Below are positions 57,238-64,000 of a stretch of 64,000 bases of DNA, piece by piece; the first letter of the stretch is position 1, and every line of letters starts with the position of its first letter. Both the position numbers and the translations under genes were made by a program. The notes under the pieces were generated by a model. That model searched no databases and was not told the origin of the DNA. It saw only the letters and a program-made list of their open reading frames with translations. Source of the DNA: Planctomycetota bacterium (GTDB taxonomy: Bacteria > Planctomycetota > UBA8108 > UBA1146 > JAJFFE01); NCBI GenBank assembly GCA_021776775.1, contig JAJFFE010000316.1, positions 617-64,616 on the forward strand, given 5' to 3'.

Positions 57238-58269
57238 GTGAAGGTGCTCTTGGTAGCCGGTCAGCTTTCGTATTCGAACCCCGCGATCTACACGATCTCG
57301 GTGGCTCGCGGCCTCGCTGTGCGCGGCCACGAGGTTCAAGTCGTGGCCGACGCCGGCGCGCTCGGACGGCTCCTCGATCCGTTGGAAATCGAAGTTTACC
57401 GGATACAGCACGGGTACCTCCCGTTTCGCCGATTGACGCAATTCATCCGCGAATTCGGACCCGACGTCGTGCAATCGACGGGCGGCCGCGGCTCGTTGGA
57501 ACCCGCCGCGAAGTTTGCCCGAGCGTGTGAGGCGCCGCTTTACCACACGGTTCACTCCTGGCTGCGGGAGGATCAGGACGAGCGCTACCCGAAAGACCTC
57601 GCCGGGCTGGTCACGGTCAACCAGGCGCTTCGAGAACACCTGGTCAACGACCGCAACGTACCGAAGAGTCAGATCCGAGTGATCCCGTACGGCATCGAGC
57701 TGCCCGCGAGCCCTTCCAGCCGAATCGCCGGTTCTCTCGCACCGGTGGTCGGGACCGTGGGACGTCTCGCGGAAGGGCGCCGACACCACGAGTTCGTTCG
57801 CGCGGCCGCGCTGGTGCGCGAGCGGCTGCCCGAGGCCTTGTTCGTGGTCGCCGGCTCGGGTCCAGACGAGCGTAGGCTTCGTCGACTCTCCAAACAGCTC
57901 AAGCTCGAGGATGCGCTCACCTTCGTGCAACCAAACAGCTCCGCGGAGATCTTCTCGGTGCTCGATCTCGCGGTCGTGCTGCCCGACTGGGGCGGCGTCG
58001 GCTTGACGCTCTTGGAGGCGATGTCCCACGGCTGCCCGGTACTTGCAACCGGGGGTAGCGAGGTGTTCTCGGTTCTGACCGAGGAGGACACCTGCGCCGT
58101 GGTCGACAGCACGACCCCGGAGAAGCTCGCGGAGGGGAGCGTGGAGGTGCTCGAAGACCCGTCTCGTCGTCAGGAACTCGTCACGAACGCCCGTGAGCAC
58201 GTTCTCGCGCATTACCCTCTAGATGCGCATCTGCACAGCTTGGAAGAGTTGTATTCGATCACCGTGTGA
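57238..58269 (+). CDS. Glycosyltransferase family 4
   Basis: GLTLLEAMSHGCPVLATGGSEV motif. GT-B. Confidence 0.85.
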   Translation: MKVLLVAGQLSYSNPAIYTISVARGLAVRGHEVQVVADAGALGRLLDPLEIEVYRIQHGYLPFRRLTQFIREFGPDVVQSTGGRGSLEPAAKFARACEAPLYHTVHSWLREDQDERYPKDLAGLVTVNQALREHLVNDRNVPKSQIRVIPYGIELPASPSSRIAGSLAPVVGTVGRLAEGRRHHEFVRAAALVRERLPEALFVVAGSGPDERRLRRLSKQLKLEDALTFVQPNSSAEIFSVLDLAVVLPDWGGVGLTLLEAMSHGCPVLATGGSEVFSVLTEEDTCAVVDSTTPEKLAEGSVEVLEDPSRRQELVTNAREHVLAHYPLDAHLHSLEELYSITV

Positions 58270-58430
58270 CACCGAAGCGCTGCACGCGGGCTCGCCGACT
58301 TCCCGTCCCGCCAGCGCTCTGCCCTCCAGTGCTCGGCCGAATCTCCGGGGTGCGGCGAGCTCGGGCTTTCTCGTTCTCGCCGACAGGCACGTCTCGACGG
58401 ATCGTGCCTACCTCGCTATCCTCCCGATCC

Positions 58431-59219
58431 ATGAACCGCGTCATCGTCATCCCGGCCCGCCTCGCTTCCGAAAGACTGCCACGGAAGCTCCTCCTGCGCG
58501 AGACCGGCTCCCCCCTGATCCAGCACACAGTCGAGCGCTGCCGAGACGTGCCCGGAGTGCAGCGAGTTGTCGTCGCCGCCGACGGTGACGAGATTGCGAC
58601 CGCGGTCCGAGAATTCGGCGGGGAAGTGGTACTCACCGACCCCGAGCTTCCCTCCGGGACGGACCGAGTTGCGGCCGCCGTTGGCGCCCTCGGCTCAGAC
58701 CTGCCTGAGGGTGCGGTCATCGTCAACGTGCAGGGGGACGAACCAGAGATCGATCCCGCGCAGGTCGATCTTCTGTTCCGCATGCTCGAGGCGACGGGGT
58801 CGGGCGGGCGCGAAGCGTCGGTAGCGACTCTAGCTACCGTAAGAGACGACGCTGAGGGGTTCGCAAATCCAAACCGCGTCAAGGTGGTGGTGGATTCGCA
58901 CGGATTCGCGCTCTACTTTTCGCGCTCGGGCATTCCCTTTCCTCGGGGACAGGCCGTACCATGGCTCTGTCATGTGGGGATCTACGGATTTCGTCCCGGA
59001 GCCCTCCGGCAGTTTTCTAGTACCGCACCTTCGATCCTGGAGCGGACCGAAAAACTCGAGCAGTTGCGCTTTCTCGAGTTGGGTCTCGGCATTCGTGTGG
59101 AACGGATCGGGGCGGGACAAGAGACACCGAGCGGTTCCGGGGGGACCGGACCGGCGCCCGCCGGAATCGATACGCCAGAGGACTATGCGAAGTTCTGTGA
59201 GCGGTTCGGTTCGAGATGA
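58431..59219 (+). CDS. kdsB: 3-deoxy-manno-octulosonate cytidylyltransferase (CMP-Kdo synthetase)
   Basis: MNRVIVIPARLASERLPRKLL start. CTP_transf_3 fold. 262 aa from the internal Met. The ORF track starts at 58266. Confidence 0.85.
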   Translation: MNRVIVIPARLASERLPRKLLLRETGSPLIQHTVERCRDVPGVQRVVVAADGDEIATAVREFGGEVVLTDPELPSGTDRVAAAVGALGSDLPEGAVIVNVQGDEPEIDPAQVDLLFRMLEATGSGGREASVATLATVRDDAEGFANPNRVKVVVDSHGFALYFSRSGIPFPRGQAVPWLCHVGIYGFRPGALRQFSSTAPSILERTEKLEQLRFLELGLGIRVERIGAGQETPSGSGGTGPAPAGIDTPEDYAKFCERFGSR

Positions 59220-59426
59220 GTCTTGCGACGACGCAGCGATGGGGACGGGTAGTTCGTCAGTCGGATTCCCAGTGGCAATGCCCGCCAAGCGATGACCCTT
59301 GGAAGAACGACGTCCGACTTGATCGCGACCGTTTGGTCGGTCGAGTGGGGACGTACAATGGAGGCTGCCCGACCGAGTGCTTCGTGCACCGTCGGCGCGG
59401 TCAGTTCGTGCTTTGAGAGCGATGGA

Positions 59427-61040
59427 ATGACGCAGTACATCTTCGTCACGGGTGGTGTGGTATCGAGCCTCGGCAAGGGGCTTACTTGTGGTGCGGTGGG
59501 CGCGCTTCTCGAGAGTCACGGTCTTACGGTTGTGATCCAGAAGTTCGACCCCTACATCAACGTCGACCCGGGGACTATGAGCCCCTACCAACACGGAGAG
59601 GTGTACGTCACCGCCGACGGTGCCGAGACCGATCTGGATCTTGGCCACTACGAACGCTTCACCCACGCCAAGTTGACGAAGCACTGCAACATCACGACCG
59701 GCAAGGTCTATGACGCGGTGATTCGTCGCGAGCGTCGCGGCGACTACTTGGGGAGCACCGTGCAGGTGATTCCTCACATCACCGACGAGATCAAGGACGG
59801 CGTGAAGCGGTTGGCGACGAGCGACGTCGACGTCGTGATCACCGAGATCGGCGGGACGGTCGGCGACATCGAGAGCTTGCCGTTTCTCGAAGCGTTGCGT
59901 CAGTTCGGGCACGAGAACGGTCGCGAGAACTGTCTCTACATTCACCTGACACTGCTTCCGTATCTGCGCGCGTCGGGTGAGTTGAAGACCAAGCCGACGC
60001 AGCACTCGGTAGGTCGCCTGCGCGAGATCGGGATCATTCCGGACGTGTTGGTCTGCCGAACCGAGAAACCGATGCCGGAGGGGATGCGCGAGAAGATCTC
60101 CCTGTTCTGCAACGTCCCGGCGAAGGCCGTGCTCGAAGAGAAGGACGTCGACTTCACGATCTACGAGGTGCCATTGATCCTGCGTGCGCAGGGGCTCGAC
60201 CGGATTATTCTCGACCGCTTCGGTATCGAGACACCCGGTAGCAACATGGACGAGTGGATCGCCATGATCGAAAAGATGAAGAGCCCGACCGGTGACGTCG
60301 AGATCGCCGTGGTCGGAAAGTACGTCGAGCTCATGGACTCCTACAAGTCGATCTACGAATCACTAACTCACGCCGGTACGGCCAACTCGGCTCGTGTGCG
60401 CTTCCGTAGGATTCAAGCAGAAGACCTGAGCGACGGTGATCTCGATGCCGCGCTCTCTGGCGTTGACGGAGTGCTGGTTCCGGGCGGGTTCGGCGAGCGC
60501 GGGCTACTCGGGAAGATTCGTACAGCAGGGTACGCCCGCGAGAAGGGGCTGCCGTACTTCGGGATTTGTTACGGCATGCACGCCGCTGTGATCGAGTTTG
60601 CCCGTAACGTGCTGGGCCACGAAGACGCGAGTTCCACCGAAGTGGGAGACACGAGCCATCCGGTGATCACCTTGCTCGATGAGCAGATGAACGTGACGGA
60701 CATGGGCGGTACCATGCGGCTCGGCGCATACCCGTGCACGCTCGTCGACGGGAGCCGGGTACGCGAGGCGTACGGTGTCGAGCAGGTTGACGAGCGACAC
60801 CGCCACCGGTACGAGTTCAACAATGACTACCGTTCGGCGTTCGAAGAAGCGGGCATGACGCTGTCAGGGTTGTCTCCGTCGGGAAAACTCGTCGAAATCG
60901 TCGAGCTCCGCGATCACCCGTGGTTCGTGGCGGTACAGTTCCACCCGGAGTACCAGTCGCGTCCGATCAAACCTCACCCCTTGTTCCGCGACTTTGTCGC
61001 GGCAGCGAAAGCGCACAAGAAGAAGTCCGATGGAAATTAG
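59427..61040 (+). CDS. pyrG: CTP synthase
   Basis: [18 protein letters not shown] start and C-terminal glutamine amidotransferase domain ([14 protein letters not shown]). 537 aa. Confidence 0.9.
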   Translation: MTQYIFVTGGVVSSLGKGLTCGAVGALLESHGLTVVIQKFDPYINVDPGTMSPYQHGEVYVTADGAETDLDLGHYERFTHAKLTKHCNITTGKVYDAVIRRERRGDYLGSTVQVIPHITDEIKDGVKRLATSDVDVVITEIGGTVGDIESLPFLEALRQFGHENGRENCLYIHLTLLPYLRASGELKTKPTQHSVGRLREIGIIPDVLVCRTEKPMPEGMREKISLFCNVPAKAVLEEKDVDFTIYEVPLILRAQGLDRIILDRFGIETPGSNMDEWIAMIEKMKSPTGDVEIAVVGKYVELMDSYKSIYESLTHAGTANSARVRFRRIQAEDLSDGDLDAALSGVDGVLVPGGFGERGLLGKIRTAGYAREKGLPYFGICYGMHAAVIEFARNVLGHEDASSTEVGDTSHPVITLLDEQMNVTDMGGTMRLGAYPCTLVDGSRVREAYGVEQVDERHRHRYEFNNDYRSAFEEAGMTLSGLSPSGKLVEIVELRDHPWFVAVQFHPEYQSRPIKPHPLFRDFVAAAKAHKKKSDGN

Positions 61041-61455
61041 GAAGAAGCGCGTCGACGAGGACTGGAAGGTTCAGGCCGAGCGGGAGAAAGAGAAGATCGC
61101 ACTCGAGGAGGAAGCTGCTCGTCGTCGTCGCGAGGGCATCGCCGACGACGTCGACGCCGCAGGCGGGCCTCCGCCGGGAGCGATCCCCCTCATTCCCATC
61201 TTCGAGCAGCTGGGCGCCCAGGCGATGATGGGGCTCGGTCAGGTTCCCGATCGAACCGGGATGCGAGGCTTGGATCTCGACATGGCCCAGTACGCGATCG
61301 ACATGTTGTCGTCGATCGAAGCGAAGACTGCCGGCCGCCTCGACGAGCAGGAAGACCGAGTGCTCACCGAGATGCTGACCGCGCTTCGCGACGCGTACTC
61401 TCAGATCGAGGCCTCCGCAGCTCAGGCTGCACCTCCACCCGACCCCGAAGCGTAG
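61030..61455 (+). CDS. Hypothetical protein, DUF1844-like
   Basis: Start ATG overlaps the pyrG stop (GATGGAAATTAG). Lys/Glu-rich N-terminus then ...[21 protein letters not shown]... Family assignment is from memory only. Confidence 0.5.
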   Translation: MEIRKKRVDEDWKVQAEREKEKIALEEEAARRRREGIADDVDAAGGPPPGAIPLIPIFEQLGAQAMMGLGQVPDRTGMRGLDLDMAQYAIDMLSSIEAKTAGRLDEQEDRVLTEMLTALRDAYSQIEASAAQAAPPPDPEA

Positions 61456-61591
61456 TACGATCGATCGATCCCGCTCGACCGGTGCGCGCACTTGCGCACC
61501 GCTTTGGCTTCATCGCCAAGGTTGACCCTTCGCGGACACCTGGCGGTCGAGCTATTTCAAGACTTCCACGGCCCGAATAGTGAGCTTTACG

Positions 61592-63547
61592 ATGAACGCC
61601 CGCCGCGACCGTTTCTACGTCACGACACCGATCTACTACGTCAACGACGTTCCACACATCGGTCACGCGTACACGACGATCCTCGCGGACGTCCTGTCTC
61701 GCTACCACCGCTTGCTCGGGGTGCCAACGCACTTTCTCACCGGTAGCGACGAGCACGGGCAGAAGGTGTACGACGCTGCGGCCGCGGCCGGGATCTCTCC
61801 CCAAGAACAGACCGACCGCACGGTGGTGCGCTTCCAAGATCTGTGGAAACGCATCGACATATCCCACGATGATTTCCTTCGCACGACCGAGCCTCGACAT
61901 ACGGCGGTCGTACAAGAGATTCTGCAAGACTTGTTCGACCGCGACGAGATCTACGCCGGGGACTACGAAGGTTGGTACTCGGTCAGCGAAGAGCGGTTCT
62001 ACACTGAGAAAGAGCTGGTCGACGGGAAGAGTCCAGAGGGCAAGCCCGTCGAGAAGATCGTCGAGAAGAACTACTTCTTCCGGATGAGCAAGTATCAAGA
62101 GTGGCTGATCGACCACATCGAGAAACACCCTGAGTTCATTCAGCCGGCGACGCGTCGTAACGAAACACTTGGATACCTCAAGAAGCCGCTCGGTGATCTC
62201 TGCATTTCGCGACCGAAACAGCGTTTGCCGTGGGGCGTCGAGCTGCCGTTCGACGATGGGTACGTCTGCTACGTTTGGTTCGATGCGCTGGTCAACTATA
62301 TCAGTGCTGTCGGTTATCGACGCGACGACGCGCAGTTCGAGAAATGGTGGCCGGCGGACTACCACTTGGTTGGCAAAGACATTCTGACGACGCACACCGT
62401 CTACTGGCCGACGATGTTGCGAGCGATGGGCCTCGCAATGCCCAAGACCGTCTTCGCGCACGGTTGGTGGCTGGTGAGCGGGGCGAAGATCAGCAAGTCC
62501 GACGGCAATGCCGTCGACCCGATGGACATCATCGATCTCTACGGTGTGGACGCGCTGCGCTACTACCTCATGGCCGAAATGACGTTGGGCCAAGATTCGA
62601 CGTTCACCATCGATGAGGACGGGCAGCCGATCAGCTTCATCAAGCGTTATAACTCGGACTTGGCCAATGATCTCGGCAACATGGTCAGCCGCGTCGTCAC
62701 CATGATTCAGCGGAATTTTGACAGCGTCGTTCCGGCTCCTGGTGAACTCACCGATGACGATCGCGAACTCGAACGCGCGGCGCTGGCCGCTGTCGACGGC
62801 ATGGTTGAGCACCTCGGCGAGATGACTCTCGATCGTGGCTTGTCGAGTGTGCTCGAGGCGGTCCGGGCCGGTAATCGGTACTTCGATCGCACCAAGCCGT
62901 GGGGGCTGGTCAAGTCGGGAGACACCGAACGTCTCGGGACTGTGCTCTACACCGCGGCCGAGTGTCTGCGCATCGTGTCGGGCCTGTTGTTTCCGGTGAT
63001 GCCGACCAAGATGGCGGAGCTTCGCACTGCATTGGGGCTCGGCGACGCGGCGGCGAATCCAAGCTTTGAGCAGCTCGGCCAGTTGGGGACGTTGACCGCC
63101 GGTTCCAAGCTTCCGACGAGCCAGGCGTTGTTTCCGCGGATCGAGCTCAAGAAGGCAAAGAAGACGAAGGAACCCAAGAAGGCGAAGCCCAAAGCGCCCG
63201 CGAAGCCGGTCGAGCTTGCGCCGGGTGTCATCGACGTGCACCAATTCTTCGAGACGAAACTGCGCGTCGCCAAGGTGGTCGAGGCGGTGCCCGTTCCGAA
63301 AGCGGACCGCCTGCTTCAGCTCCAAGTCGATCTCGGTGACGAACGGCGACAGATCGTTGCCGGTATCGCTGAGCACTACTCGGCCGAGGAGATGGTAGGA
63401 AAGCTTGTCGTGGTGGTTTCGAACCTGATGCCAGCCAAGATACGTGGGCTCGAGTCCAACGGCATGTTGCTCGCAGCCAAGGCGGATGGCGTCGTCAAGG
63501 TCGTGACCGTCGATGGTGAGGTCCCGCCGGGGAGCGAGGTCGGCTGA
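61592..63547 (+). CDS. metG: Methionine--tRNA ligase with C-terminal tRNA-binding (EMAP/Trbp111-like) domain
   Basis: HIGH motif PHIGHAYTT, KMSKS motif KISKSDGN. C-terminal OB-fold ...KLRVAKVVEAVPVPKADRLLQLQVDLG... Confidence 0.9.
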   Translation: MNARRDRFYVTTPIYYVNDVPHIGHAYTTILADVLSRYHRLLGVPTHFLTGSDEHGQKVYDAAAAAGISPQEQTDRTVVRFQDLWKRIDISHDDFLRTTEPRHTAVVQEILQDLFDRDEIYAGDYEGWYSVSEERFYTEKELVDGKSPEGKPVEKIVEKNYFFRMSKYQEWLIDHIEKHPEFIQPATRRNETLGYLKKPLGDLCISRPKQRLPWGVELPFDDGYVCYVWFDALVNYISAVGYRRDDAQFEKWWPADYHLVGKDILTTHTVYWPTMLRAMGLAMPKTVFAHGWWLVSGAKISKSDGNAVDPMDIIDLYGVDALRYYLMAEMTLGQDSTFTIDEDGQPISFIKRYNSDLANDLGNMVSRVVTMIQRNFDSVVPAPGELTDDDRELERAALAAVDGMVEHLGEMTLDRGLSSVLEAVRAGNRYFDRTKPWGLVKSGDTERLGTVLYTAAECLRIVSGLLFPVMPTKMAELRTALGLGDAAANPSFEQLGQLGTLTAGSKLPTSQALFPRIELKKAKKTKEPKKAKPKAPAKPVELAPGVIDVHQFFETKLRVAKVVEAVPVPKADRLLQLQVDLGDERRQIVAGIAEHYSAEEMVGKLVVVVSNLMPAKIRGLESNGMLLAAKADGVVKVVTVDGEVPPGSEVG

Positions 63548-64000
63548 TGGAGCTTCACATCGACGACCATCCGCTTCTGGACGCTGTTGTCTTCGTCACG
63601 GAGTTTGCCCGACCGTTGGGCGAAATCGAAACGCCCACTCGCATTCTCGAGCTGTTCGCTCTCGATGCCGTCGCGCCCGTTCAGCGCAGCGACGACATTC
63701 GGGCGGCGTCGCGCAATATCCTGCGCCACGGCGGCTATAAGCCGACGGGACGGGGTAAGCCGGCCTCGGAGTATCTGGTCAAGGCGAGTGAGTCCGGCAC
63801 CCTCGAGTCGATCAATCCCGCGGTCGACGTTCTGAACGCGGTCTCCCTCCACAGTGGCATTCCCATCAGCGTCGTCGATCTGAACCTCGCCTCCGAACCG
63901 TTTCGCATCGGTATCGCTGGTGATGATGCGAGCTACGTGTTCAACCCCTCGGGTCAAGAGATCGGACTGAAGGGGCTGCTTTCTCTGCACGACGCGCAGG
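63547..64000 (+). CDS. B3/4-domain-like protein (PheT-related tRNA-binding fold), partial; runs off window
   Basis: ATG overlaps the metG stop. MELHIDDHPLLDAVVFVTEFARPLGE... Weak similarity to solo B3/4 domain proteins. Confidence 0.4.
   Translation, partial: MELHIDDHPLLDAVVFVTEFARPLGEIETPTRILELFALDAVAPVQRSDDIRAASRNILRHGGYKPTGRGKPASEYLVKASESGTLESINPAVDVLNAVSLHSGIPISVVDLNLASEPFRIGIAGDDASYVFNPSGQEIGLKGLLSLHDAQ

Noticed and set aside
61364-63376. 670-aa minus-strand ORF antisense to metG
   Set aside because: metG on the plus strand has HIGH/KMSKS motifs. The antisense translation is Arg-rich with no domain.

Overview
High-GC (roughly 65%) bacterial chromosomal window with about 50 tightly packed protein-coding genes. 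No rRNA, tRNA or CRISPR array was recognised. Gene content points to Planctomycetota: a PF07638-type ECF sigma factor beside a TPR Ser/Thr kinase, a giant Ig-repeat surface protein, a DUF1844-like gene and dockerin-like modules. This assignment is inference from gene content only.

Main blocks:
(1) 0.6-7.3 kb, minus-strand operon. An ECF sigma factor is fused in-frame to a TM helix and a multi-domain CarboxypepD_reg-like ectodomain. It is translationally coupled to three secreted proteins that all end in the same Cys-rich double Ca-loop (dockerin-like) module terminating in C-(A)-P. One is an FG-GAP propeller, one is the module alone behind a signal peptide, and one carries three cohesin-like tandem repeats. 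A fourth carrier of the module is the 1750-aa protein with 15 tandem Ig-like repeats at 31.7-37.0 kb. This is the candidate undescribed system: a sigma-controlled cohesin/dockerin-like surface assembly.
(2) 7.7-11.9 kb: small ORF plus ECF sigma, convergent with a TPR Ser/Thr kinase.
(3) 12-22 kb surface-glycan locus with a non-canonical ulosonic-acid gene set: HAD-IIA, GT4, a KpsS/KpsC-like GT-B protein, SDR, aldehyde dehydrogenase, NeuB, NeuA and transketolase.
(4) 23.4-26.3 kb lower-GC islet (hypothetical, DinB, HD).
(5) Paralogous membrane-protein pair plus a PhoD-like phosphatase.
(6) GT2 / ABC exporter / TsaA coupled trio.
(7) Miscellaneous periplasmic and metabolic genes.
(8) 51-59 kb second glycan locus (GT4, DegT aminotransferase, WbaP-like priming transferase, epimerase, QueC, GT4, KdsB), followed by pyrG, a DUF1844-like gene, metG and a partial B3/4-domain gene.

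Many long antisense ORFs in the six-frame track are high-GC artefacts and were not called.
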